From Candidatus Bathyarchaeota archaeon (GTDB taxonomy: Archaea > Thermoproteota > Bathyarchaeia > Bathyarchaeales > Bathycorpusculaceae), in NCBI GenBank assembly GCA_963768425.1, contig CAVYHV010000009.1, positions 128,001 through 192,000 on the forward strand: a stretch of 64,000 nucleotides of DNA. The letters run 5' to 3'. The notes below the pieces were generated by a model, which did no database searches, was not told the DNA's origin, and saw only the letters and a list, made by a program, of their open reading frames with translations. The position numbers were made by a program, and so were the translations under genes. Below are positions 42,201 to 50,893 of the stretch, piece by piece (within the stretch, counting starts at the first letter, position 1; the number at the start of each line of letters is the position of its first letter).

Positions 42201-43031
42201 GCTACGGGAGAGCAATTCAATCTAACAGATGCTTCAGGTCTTACTTCGCCAATAGCTGCTTCAGGCACAGACACAGCCACTTACCAGCTACAGTATCAGG
42301 TGACTTTCAATCAGACTGGAATAAATAGTGACGCTGGCAGCAACCCCGTTCTCACGTTGGGAGGAGTAACCTATACTTGGCTTACTTTACCCGGCAACTA
42401 TTGGGTCAATAATGGAACCACTTTCACTTGGGCATCACCCGTTGCAGGCAATACAGGGGAACAATTCAGTTTCACAGCTGCCTCAAGTCTCACTTCACCC
42501 ATTGTCACTTCAGGTACAGATACGGCCACTTACCAAATACAGTATCTAGTGACTTTCACAGTCAGTCTTTCAGGAAGCGGCTCGACAAATCCATCTGGCG
42601 CTGTCTGGGAGAATCCCGGCTCCATCTCTATATCTGCCAGTCCCTACTCTGGGGTCTTGTTCACTTTTTGGACAACTGACAGCGGATCAATCTCGTTTGC
42701 AAATAATTATGCTACTTCTACAACGGCAACAATAAACGGACCAGGAACAATAACAGCCACATTTTCAGCAATATCAGCCACCCCAACTCCAACTGCGAAA
42801 CCTACACCCTCACCCACAGCTTCTCCAACACCCACTCCAAAAGTAACGCCATCAGCTACACCAACTGCGACCCCTACCTCTTCACCCAAGTCAGCACAGT
42901 CAAATATAGCTCTAGATGCAGGAATAGGAATAGTGGTTGCCATCGTTGTAATCGGCGTGATCGTATTCCTCTTGATGAGAAGCAGAAAAGCCAAGACCGC
43001 GGAAAATACATCAGCGACTAGCACAAAATAA
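39219..43031 (+). CDS. Large cell-surface protein: 16 PQQ/BamB-type beta-propeller repeats, beta-rich stalk repeats, P/T linker and C-terminal TM
   Basis: 16 units of SSPxVVGGVVYVGSxDGxVYALNAATG..W, three ~83-aa QYQVTFNQTG repeats and a TM with basic tail. Likely start MMKKK at 39219. Confidence 0.88.
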   Translation: MMKKKILIGLFIMLFFMLSFSVVMCRGDDWTMSRHDATHAGYSASNPAAGSQLWNFPTSSLVESSPVVVGGDLYVGSDDGNVYALNAATGVQLWNYLTGGQVVSTPAVVGSVVYVGSDDGNVYALNAATGAKIWDYVTGNAVASSPTVVAGVVYVSSYDRNVYALNAATGAKIWSFSIATHGFYSSPTVVGGVVYIGGSSDGSVYALNAATGVQIWSFVTGGVVYSTPTVVSGVVYVGSDDGNVYALDAATGAKDWSFTTDGPILCSLAVNSGFVYGGTGEGTVFALNAASGTMLWDILTGSAVYSSPVVSGGVVYIGSNDHNVYALNDATGVQVWSFTTGGIVSSGPAVVGGSVYVGSYDGNVYALNTATGVKQWSFTTGGLVASSPAVVGGVVYVGSNDGNVYALNAITGVKQWSFTTDGIVSSSPAVVGGLVYVGSNDHNVYALNAATGAEVWSFTTGGEVGSSPAVVGGVVYVGSYDFKIYALNAATGAELWSTSIGDTAYSSPAVVGGVVYVGSYDGDVYALNAATGAQVWSFPTGGTVGSSPAVVGGVVYVGSQDGYVYALNAATGVQLWSYFTNDYVLSSPAVVGGVVYIGSNNGDLFALNAASGTQIWFYPTGGAVESSPAVVEGAVYVGSGDGYVYALNTANGAPLWSYKTGGIVDSSPAAYNGVVYVGSNDGNVYALGALNTVTFTETGLPSGTSWHVTFNGATSSSTTNTITFTDQFQGNYTWTTPATISGGTGIQYATPTSDSSGTMNVPTQTTQTVAFTTQYQVTASYSTSDASTPSSAVILTGTALGSVSTTTLTTSTQQVWLDATSSWSVNNPITSGTQRWNAASGTSGTVTGAITIAPSYNHQYQVTFTQTGLTSRAGTVTVLTLGGVAYTWNTLPTNLWVNKGTTFSWASIVAGATGEPFNLTGSSGLASPIVASGTDAATYLTQYQVTFNQTGINSDAGSNPVLTLGGVAYTWNTLPTDLWVNSGTTFSWTSYVAGATGEQFNLTDASGLTSPIAASGTDTATYQLQYQVTFNQTGINSDAGSNPVLTLGGVTYTWLTLPGNYWVNNGTTFTWASPVAGNTGEQFSFTAASSLTSPIVTSGTDTATYQIQYLVTFTVSLSGSGSTNPSGAVWENPGSISISASPYSGVLFTFWTTDSGSISFANNYATSTTATINGPGTITATFSAISATPTPTAKPTPSPTASPTPTPKVTPSATPTATPTSSPKSAQSNIALDAGIGIVVAIVVIGVIVFLLMRSRKAKTAENTSATSTK

Positions 43032-43045
43032 ATAAACTCTGCCAA

Positions 43046-43090
43046 GAGGAGGTTTCTCTCCTCCTATCTTTATTTTTTCTTATTTTTTCA
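43046..43090 (+). terminator. Hairpin with T-tract after the propeller gene
   Basis: gaggag-gtttct-ctcctc followed by T-rich runs, between convergent genes. Confidence 0.5.
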
Positions 43091-43182
43091 AAAAAAGGCT
43101 CTTCTGGTTTATTCAATCTTTCTTGCGTGTGTTCCAAGCTTCTATGAACGAAGGATCTTTGATTGCTCTTTTTCTAAGTTAT

Positions 43183-44760
43183 TTACATGTGAAGAGCTGT
43201 CATTAATTTCTCGATAAAATTAAACAAGACATTTAACGGCTTACGAAGAGGACCAAGAGAGTTAACAATTTCTCGAAGATTAGTTACGTCGGTTCTATCA
43301 ATGGATCTAGTAACAAGCGCTGCAAGCATGAAAACAACTAAGAAAACCACTCCGCCGATGATTAATCTTATCACATTGGAGAACGGCAGATAGGAAATAA
43401 AGCCATACGTTGAGATAGACGCTATAGCCGACGAGGCCAAAATCTTGGCGGAAGAAACCCAATCTACGGATGCTCCGAAGTGTTTCTTTATAAAACGTAA
43501 CCCGATGAATAAGCTTGGAAGATTATCCGTTAATGTGGTAATTATCAAACCTATGACGCCGAACTTATAGATCAACACGAAGCCCATTGGAAAACCGATT
43601 GCGGCTGTGAGAATAGTTAATTTCAGGTTGAACGTCGTGTAGCCTTGACCGTTTAGCATGTTGCCCATACTTAAAGTTCCAAAAGCAGAGTAGAGATAAC
43701 CTATAGATAACGAAGCCAGAAATAACGGCGCTTGAGCATATTTATCTGCGAATATGGTGCCAATAGCAGGCTGCGCAAGAGCCATGACCATGGCTGCAAC
43801 CGGCACAACAACAAGCGCCGCATACTTTACTGAATACCGAAAAACACTCTTAAGGGGTTCTCTATCTTTCTCGGGGTCCAACTTGGAGAATGCAGGAAAC
43901 AACATGGTCGTTGCTGGAGCAGCAAAGAAAGTAATCAAAACCATGAAGAGTAAAGCTAAGTTGTAATTGCCGATTATCGCGTTGTTGATAACAAAAAATG
44001 CAAGTATGTAATTGTAGAATTGAGCTAAAAACCCTCCAAGAATAGCGCTGATAGAGACTGGTAAACCGTATTTGAACATGTACGTAGTGGTTGCCCTGAT
44101 TTCCAGTTTACTGTGGATCGGTTTATGCAGGGATTGGTACATAGTCCACATTAGAAGCATACCTGTTAACCCTGCAATTAGGCTGGCCACTGTGAAACCT
44201 GTGATGGCCCCCAGAGTTCCAAAACCTAAGGCTACGAGTGCGACTATTAGGGCAGTTTTCACTATTGATTGAATTATCAGCATGACGCTGTAGAGATGCA
44301 TTCTCTCCATGCCCGTGAAAGCAGCAATTGCTGTGTTAATCAAGGCGCCGGTCAAGATGAAAAAAGAGGCAATTTGAATCAAGGGCGCTATAGTGGGCCG
44401 GTTTAAGCTTACGGCTAAAAAGTGAGAGAGAAAAAAAGAAAGAGCGGCAAGTGATAGACCTAAAACAACCTCAAATAGTATGCCTGAAGCGAAAATGCTT
44501 TTTATTTTAGCTACGTTGTTTTCGTTGTTGTATTGTGCGGAGTATTTTACCATGGCTGAGTTGATTCCCCAGTCTCGAAATGTGGCAATCAGGGTTGGAC
44601 CAGTAAGAGCAATTGCGTATAAACCGTAGTTACTTGGACCTAAAAGTCGGGCGATGACTATTGTACCTATCGCTGAGATAACTGTAGAAGCAACTAAGCC
44701 CCACATGAGGTTAAACCCTCCTCTGGTTGAAACCCTTGCCATCTCTACAGCCTTAGTCAT
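43183..44760 (-). CDS. Oligosaccharide flippase (Wzx/MOP family)
   Basis: ARLLGPSNYG, DWGINSAMVKY, LFPAFSKL and ~14 TM segments. Confidence 0.9.
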   Translation of the reverse strand: MTKAVEMARVSTRGGFNLMWGLVASTVISAIGTIVIARLLGPSNYGLYAIALTGPTLIATFRDWGINSAMVKYSAQYNNENNVAKIKSIFASGILFEVVLGLSLAALSFFLSHFLAVSLNRPTIAPLIQIASFFILTGALINTAIAAFTGMERMHLYSVMLIIQSIVKTALIVALVALGFGTLGAITGFTVASLIAGLTGMLLMWTMYQSLHKPIHSKLEIRATTTYMFKYGLPVSISAILGGFLAQFYNYILAFFVINNAIIGNYNLALLFMVLITFFAAPATTMLFPAFSKLDPEKDREPLKSVFRYSVKYAALVVVPVAAMVMALAQPAIGTIFADKYAQAPLFLASLSIGYLYSAFGTLSMGNMLNGQGYTTFNLKLTILTAAIGFPMGFVLIYKFGVIGLIITTLTDNLPSLFIGLRFIKKHFGASVDWVSSAKILASSAIASISTYGFISYLPFSNVIRLIIGGVVFLVVFMLAALVTRSIDRTDVTNLREIVNSLGPLRKPLNVLFNFIEKLMTALHM

Positions 44761-45119
44761 TTTCCTGTCTCAATCGCGGTTTTTTTATTGGTAAAGTGGT
44801 TGGTGCGTTGTGTTTATCATTTTTGGTTTGCTTCGGTAAACTTATCGTTAAACTATAATTTGTTGTTATTCGCTGATGTGCTTGTTTTGGTATAAATGCG
44901 CGCTGGCTTATCCTAAATTCATCAACATCAAGTTTTGAATCTCGATCTTGCAACCCGCAAATAGCCTGAGCTTGATTGCTGAGGTCCAACTTGCCAGATA
45001 CGAACAGAACCTAAAAACGTTCAAAAAACATGGAATTATATTTCCACATTCTCGGCTCTTGGCTAATCTTTCTGCAGGCACTTTCTAGAAAAAAGAAAAA
45101 TAAGAGGGAATTTTTCTCA

Positions 45120-45178
45120 TCTTCCATTTTTTCTTTGAGCTGTTTGGGAATTTTTGTAGAAACCGTTACACAATCAGG
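45120..45178 (-). pseudogene. Ribbon-helix-helix (CopG/VapB-like) fragment
   Basis: PDCVTVSTKIPKQLKEKME fits the beta-strand plus helix A pattern of archaeal RHH antitoxins. No start codon. Confidence 0.4.
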
Positions 45179-45207
45179 CCTGGTTTCTCTTCTTGATTTC
45201 TTTTGAA

Positions 45208-45225
45208 TTGAACCTGCAGGTTCAA
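45208..45225. promoter_or_regulatory. Perfect 18-bp palindrome
   Basis: ttgaacctgcaggttcaa is its own reverse complement. Confidence 0.5.
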
Positions 45226-45729
45226 AAACTGCCCTTATTTTCAGTCGAATCGGGTTTGATTTGGGCTTGGAATTGGAGAAACTGCGTGAAAACGGCGTTT
45301 AGGGGTTGAGCAAATTGAACTATTTTAATGTTAAAGCGGATCAGGTTTGAACCAAACGCATGTTGAAAAAGCGCGCAGGTCGAGGTTGCTCTTGAGGTTT
45401 GTTTTTTTTAGAAGCGGCGTCTGGAAAGCGAATTTAAGGTCTCATCACTATCTCCCATAATGGCGCCTACACCCCAATTTGGAGAGGCCGCTCGCTGCCA
45501 AAAAGCTGTCGCCAGCGCCTCTGCGTTTCCAGCGGCCACTCAAGAACCCGCCGACCAACAACCGGAACCAATCTGGGAACAATATTTCGTTCCAGCGAAG
45601 CATGTTAGGCTCGTGCTTCCGCAATAGGGCGACGATGTCCTGTTCAAGCAAGTCAAGCTTATCAGCCATTTAACGTCACTAATTAGTAGCTAATGATTCC
45701 TTGTTTTCCTAATAAATTCCTCTTAACGC

Positions 45730-46015
45730 CTATGTTGTATTGAATATTGTTTCTAATTCTTTTTCACAGAAGGTTATTTTGCAATGGGAAAATACATCCT
45801 TCCTACCAAACAACCGCGGCACCTCATCTGAATCAGCAAAACCAGCTTTCACGTCAAGAGCGGTATCGCCAATTTTCATTTTGAATGTATGAGACGTAAG
45901 CAGGAATAAGAATTCTGCCCATTCCTATTACAGGGTAGTATTCTCCTTCACTAAGGTTTAATCCTAAAAGCGCGGCATCGTTTCTTCTAAACAGAGAGAT
46001 GTCTGCGCCCAACCC
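45730..46015 (-). pseudogene. Retropepsin-like (clan AA) aspartic protease remnant
   Basis: GADISLFRRNDAALLGLNLSEGEYYPVIGMG..IPAYV [frameshift] QMKIGD...GFADSDEVPRLFGRKDVF..KITFCE. The catalytic D(T/S)G start is missing. Confidence 0.6.
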
Positions 46016-46250
46016 AAAACACGTTTTGTGTCATAGACTATTTTTTGTTGTTTTTCTTCTGGCTAGTCGGGACTATGGCCGCTTTAGCGCCTAAAAGCAA
46101 ACATAATAGCGGACTTGTCATTCAATTTGGGAAGCCGAACAGTCAAAGTTTCATGCGGGCAAGGTTCTGAATCTACAAATGTTTGAATTGCCATGAACCT
46201 TTCATCTTTCAGAACAAGATATTAATTGGACTGCATACAAGCGTTAGTAG

Positions 46251-47048
46251 ATGCAATTGACGCTTCAAACCAAAACAAAAAGAATTAGCCAAGATATAGT
46301 TACCGTGCTAATGATCGGCCTGTTTCTAATCACTGGCTTAGTTATGCTTGTGATTTCAGCATTGAATGGCTCATCATTTCTTGCTATTCTAGGGGTTTCT
46401 GTAGCCTTTTGGAGCATGCTTCTTCTATTCTTTACTCCGACGACCCATGCTTTTACCGCGTTGTTCCAGGCTTCTGCAAGCGCCAGCGGAAGCAACATTG
46501 AACGTTCCCTTATCGAGTTCAATTCACCTGAAAAAGGTGTATATTTGCCTCCCCAAAACCTCCGAAACTTTGATTCAAGTCTCGTGTTCATACCTAAGAC
46601 CCCTCAGACAGCTCTGCCTCAATCTAATGAAACAAACGATAGATTATTCACTGAGGAAAAAACCGGCTTGCTCCTCACTCCTCCAGGACTTGCTCTTTCC
46701 GTCCTGTTTGAACATGAACTAGGCTTGTCCTTCAGAAAAATCAATCTCTCTCAAATGCAGCAAATTTTAACTAAGTTAATTCGAGACTTGAAACTCGCGG
46801 ATAATGTCCAAGTTCGAATTCAAGATAGAAATATCAGCTTAGAAATAGCCGGCAGCATATTCAATAATCTTTGCAAAGATACCGAGAACACTCAACCCCG
46901 CACCCATTCGCAAGTCGGATGTATTTTAACTAGCGCTTTCGCATGCGCATTTGCCAAGGCGTCAGATAAGCCAATAACAATCCAAAAAGACACGTTAAAC
47001 CCTGAAACTAAAGCGTTAATCATCGAATACCATATGGGCGAAGTGTAA
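46251..47048 (+). CDS. Hypothetical membrane protein (2 N-terminal TMs, C-terminal V4R-like Cys domain)
   Basis: Two TMs, YLPP, PPGLAL and C...GC...AFAC. Confidence 0.65.
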   Translation: MQLTLQTKTKRISQDIVTVLMIGLFLITGLVMLVISALNGSSFLAILGVSVAFWSMLLLFFTPTTHAFTALFQASASASGSNIERSLIEFNSPEKGVYLPPQNLRNFDSSLVFIPKTPQTALPQSNETNDRLFTEEKTGLLLTPPGLALSVLFEHELGLSFRKINLSQMQQILTKLIRDLKLADNVQVRIQDRNISLEIAGSIFNNLCKDTENTQPRTHSQVGCILTSAFACAFAKASDKPITIQKDTLNPETKALIIEYHMGEV

Positions 47049-47050
47049 AA

Positions 47051-47257
47051 TTGATGCTTCCACCATTAACTCTTCTAGATTTAAGCATGCTCCTAGCTAT
47101 CAGTGCTACTCTTCTCCTTGTTACGGCTGAATTTGCACCTTATGTCACAGGAGAAAAGACCATGATCTCAGACACGTTGAAACTTAGAAACGTTGCGATA
47201 GTGCTTAGCGTACTATTCTTAGTAACTATCGTCATACAATTTTTGCCAAAAGCTTAA
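47051..47257 (+). CDS. Small two-TM membrane protein
   Basis: 68 aa with two hydrophobic helices, directly downstream of the previous gene. Confidence 0.6.
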   Translation: MMLPPLTLLDLSMLLAISATLLLVTAEFAPYVTGEKTMISDTLKLRNVAIVLSVLFLVTIVIQFLPKA

Positions 47258-47466
47258 ACCTTCACCGCTCTTGAAATTTTTCCGAAAACTTGTCGCCTCA
47301 CAGTTCATGGCGAACAAAATTCTGATTCACTCTCCTCCAAGCATAGCGGTGTTGCCTGTTTTCGTTAAGGAATAAGATATAAAAGAGTTAAAAAACATCG
47401 GTTACGAATACCAAAGTAGGCAACTGGCACAATCTTGATCTTCAAGAAACATCTGAATGAAAAAAC

Positions 47467-50400
47467 ATGAAAAAACAAGTCATGATACTTGTCTTTCTAA
47501 TTTCTTTAGCGATCTGCGTACTAGCAAGTATGCCGGTCAAAGCTCAAACTAATGGTACCTTTGTATTCAATCCCGTTACTAGCCCCCAAACTGCTGGCGC
47601 GCCATTCACGATAACGATTACGGATGTAGTAGGTGGCGTCACAAATACTGGCTTCACTGGGGTTGCCACTTTGTCTGTTTCAACTGGAACTATTACTCCA
47701 CCTAACACTGCTGCCTTCGTAGCCGGTGTTTGGACTGGTGACGTCACTGTGACTGGTGCGGCTTCAAGCGTAACAATTACAGCGACTGGTAGCGGTGTGA
47801 CGACTGGGTCGAGTAGCTCATTTACGGTTGATCCAGGAGCTTTCACTCACTTCGGCCTTGTTGTCCCAAGTTCGGAGACGGCAGGTTCAAGCTTTGGCGG
47901 TGTCGTTGTAACGGCTTATGACGCTGACAACAACGTCAAGACTGATTATGCTGGGTCAGTTTACTTTACATCTGTGGATCCTCACCCGGCGACTCTGCCT
48001 TATACTTCGTCAAGTAAGTACACGTTTACTGCTGGTTCAGGGACTCACACATTTTCTGGTTTTACGTTGTTTACAACTCCTTCTCAGACGATCACCGTTA
48101 CTGACGGCTCAGTTTCAAACCAGAGCACTCCGATAACTGTGAATGCTGCCGCTCTGGATCATTTCATTGTCAGTGCTCCAAGCTCTGCTGTGGCTGGTTC
48201 TGATTTCACTCTTTCAGTTACGGCTAAGGATGCTTATGGGAACACGATTACAAGCTACAGTGCTTCTGTTGGTTTGAGTGCTTCTTCCGGGATCATTAGT
48301 CCTTCTAGTACAGGGACTTCTGGTTGGACCGGTGGTGTCTGGAGTAGTAGTTCGGTTACTTTGTCTGTTGTTGGCTCGATTACTATCACCGCCCAATCCG
48401 GTGCTGCGATCGGTACTGCCACTTTAACGGTGACTGCCGGCGTAGCTACTCAGTTGGTGGTTTCTGCTTTTCCAAGTACGATCACAGCTGGTGTTGCTGG
48501 TTCTGTTACGGTCACGGCGAAGGATGCGTATGGGAATACGGCGACGGGTTATGTTGGTACGGTTAAGATTACTTCGAGTGATGTCCAGGCGGTTTTGCCT
48601 GCGAATGCTGGCCTGTCGAGTGGTGTTGGCTCTTTTACTGTTACTTTGAAGACTGCTGCTACCGAGTCGATTACTGCGACTGATACGGTTTCGGGAACTA
48701 TAACTGGTAGTCAGACTGGTATCACGGTTAATCCTGGTTCGGCTTCTACTCTTGCGGTTTCTGGTTTCCCAAGTCCTGATGTGGCGGGTGTTGCTCACAG
48801 TGTAACGGTTATTGCTAAAGACGCGTATGGGAATACAGCGACGGGTTATGTTGGTACGGTTAAGATTACTTCGAGTGATGTCCAGGCGGTTTTGCCTGCG
48901 AATGCTGGTCTCCTAAGTGGTACTGACACTTTCACGGTTACTTTGAAGACTGCTGCTACCGAGTCGATTACTGCGACTGATACGGTTTCGGGAACTATAA
49001 CTGGTAGTCAGACTGGTATCACGGTTAATCCTGGTTCGGCTTCTACTCTTGCGGTTTCTGGTTTCCCAAGTCCTGCCATAGCTGGTGCTGCTGGTTCTGT
49101 TACGGTCACGGCGAAGGATGCGTATGGAAATACGGCGACGGGTTATGTTGGTACGGTTAAGATTACTTCTAGTGATGGTAAGGCGGTTTTGCCTGCTAAT
49201 TATGCGTTCAAGGCAAGTGACGCGGGTATTCATTCTTTTAGCGTTACTTTGAAGACTGCTGGTTCTCAGTCGATTACTGCCACCGATACTGTTACCAAAT
49301 CGATTACTGGTTCTCAAACTGGAATAACGGTGAATGTTGCTTCTGGCGATTACTTTGTGGTTACTGGTTTCCCAAGCCCTACCGTTGCTGGTGCAGCTCA
49401 CGCTGTTACAGTTACAGTTGTGGATCCGTATGGTAACACCGTCACTGGCTATGCTGGCACAGTTAAAATTACGTCGAGTGATGGCCAAGCTGTTTTGCCT
49501 GCCAATTCAGCGCTTTCCTCTGGCATGGGTTCTTTTAGTGTTACTTTGGCGACTGTCGGTTCTCAGTTGATTACCGCCACGGATACCGTGGATAGCGCGA
49601 TTAATGGTTCACAAACTGCAATAACTGTCAATCCCGCCGCTGCTTCAACTCTGGCGGTTTCAGGTTTCCCAAGCCCTACCATCGCTGGTGCAGCTCACAC
49701 TATCACAGTAACGGCTCTTGACGCATATAACAATACAGCTACGGGTTATGCAGGCACCGTCAAGATTACGTCGAGTGACGGCAAAGCTGTTTTGCCTGCG
49801 AATGCTGTCCTCACGAACGGTGTTGGTTCCTTTAGTGTTACTTTAGAGACTGTTGGTTCTCAGTCGATTACCGCCACAGACACCGTCACGGCTTCGATTA
49901 CTGGTTCTCAAAGCGGCATAACAGTGAGCGCCGGAGGGTTGGATCATTTTGTCTTTGACACTGTTGATGCTCAGACTACGGGTACAGTTTTCACCATAAC
50001 GGTTACGGCTAAGGATGCGTCTAACAACACGGTAACAAGCTACGTTGGTACGCCTTCTTTGACGTATTCTGCTGGGACAATTAATCCAACCGCTATGAGT
50101 GCTTTCGTGGGCGGTGTTGGATCAACTTCCGTTACCGTAGCCGCTGCTGGTTCAGGCGTAACCATTACAGCTGCAGATGGATCTATGATTGGCACAAGTA
50201 ACACGTTTACAGTAACCTTGGCGCCAACGACTCCACCAACTGCCAGTCCGACCCCAACGGCAACTCCGAAACCTAAGTCTGGAACCACTCCCACTCCTAC
50301 CCCAACGCCCCTACCTCCCCCCTCGCCAAACATTGTTCTTGCAACGAATAGCACTGGCGGAATAGTGATGCTTGGATTAAACGGAACCTTAACCAGCTAT

Positions 50401-50787
50401 CAAGTATCCAACGCAATGATCGTCTTATACGCGCCCGATAAGACAGTCACAGTGTCCTTCACAATCGATGGGTCAAACGGCACAGAAATCTTTGGCAACA
50501 TGACTATCCCAAAAACAGCGCTATATGCCGGGGCAAGCCCAGTTATTTACATTGACGGCCTACAAGCCTCACAACAGAACTACACTCAAGACGCCAACAA
50601 CTTCTACGTATGGTTCACAACAACCTTAAGTCTGCACCACGTGGCAATTCAATTCGTAGTAACTATGACGTCTACAGCAATATCGTCGGAACCGCTGTTC
50701 ATCGTTGGCGTAACCATTCCTGAAATCGTTGCAGTATTCAGCGTTATCGCCGTCAGACGTATAAGACGAGGACCAAACGACGCGTAG
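47467..50787 (+). CDS. Large Thr/Ser/Gly-rich surface protein with tandem Ig-like repeats and C-terminal TM
   Basis: Signal peptide, ~99-aa repeats (AG...VTVTAKDAYGNTATGYVGTVKITSSD), P/T linker and TM followed by RRIRR. Confidence 0.85.
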   Translation: MKKQVMILVFLISLAICVLASMPVKAQTNGTFVFNPVTSPQTAGAPFTITITDVVGGVTNTGFTGVATLSVSTGTITPPNTAAFVAGVWTGDVTVTGAASSVTITATGSGVTTGSSSSFTVDPGAFTHFGLVVPSSETAGSSFGGVVVTAYDADNNVKTDYAGSVYFTSVDPHPATLPYTSSSKYTFTAGSGTHTFSGFTLFTTPSQTITVTDGSVSNQSTPITVNAAALDHFIVSAPSSAVAGSDFTLSVTAKDAYGNTITSYSASVGLSASSGIISPSSTGTSGWTGGVWSSSSVTLSVVGSITITAQSGAAIGTATLTVTAGVATQLVVSAFPSTITAGVAGSVTVTAKDAYGNTATGYVGTVKITSSDVQAVLPANAGLSSGVGSFTVTLKTAATESITATDTVSGTITGSQTGITVNPGSASTLAVSGFPSPDVAGVAHSVTVIAKDAYGNTATGYVGTVKITSSDVQAVLPANAGLLSGTDTFTVTLKTAATESITATDTVSGTITGSQTGITVNPGSASTLAVSGFPSPAIAGAAGSVTVTAKDAYGNTATGYVGTVKITSSDGKAVLPANYAFKASDAGIHSFSVTLKTAGSQSITATDTVTKSITGSQTGITVNVASGDYFVVTGFPSPTVAGAAHAVTVTVVDPYGNTVTGYAGTVKITSSDGQAVLPANSALSSGMGSFSVTLATVGSQLITATDTVDSAINGSQTAITVNPAAASTLAVSGFPSPTIAGAAHTITVTALDAYNNTATGYAGTVKITSSDGKAVLPANAVLTNGVGSFSVTLETVGSQSITATDTVTASITGSQSGITVSAGGLDHFVFDTVDAQTTGTVFTITVTAKDASNNTVTSYVGTPSLTYSAGTINPTAMSAFVGGVGSTSVTVAAAGSGVTITAADGSMIGTSNTFTVTLAPTTPPTASPTPTATPKPKSGTTPTPTPTPLPPPSPNIVLATNSTGGIVMLGLNGTLTSYQVSNAMIVLYAPDKTVTVSFTIDGSNGTEIFGNMTIPKTALYAGASPVIYIDGLQASQQNYTQDANNFYVWFTTTLSLHHVAIQFVVTMTSTAISSEPLFIVGVTIPEIVAVFSVIAVRRIRRGPNDA
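48430..49920 (+). repeat. Intragenic ~297-bp tandem repeats encoding Ig-like domains
   Basis: For example, 48541-48778 and 48838-49075 are nearly identical at DNA level. Confidence 0.85.
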
Positions 50788-50893
50788 TTAAATCTTGAAA
50801 ATTACTAGGCTTACCAAAAAGGGTCTGAGTCCCCATTGCTTGAAATTTAGATATTTACTCTTTTTACCTAAACAGTGGGAAAGCCGGAAAAGG

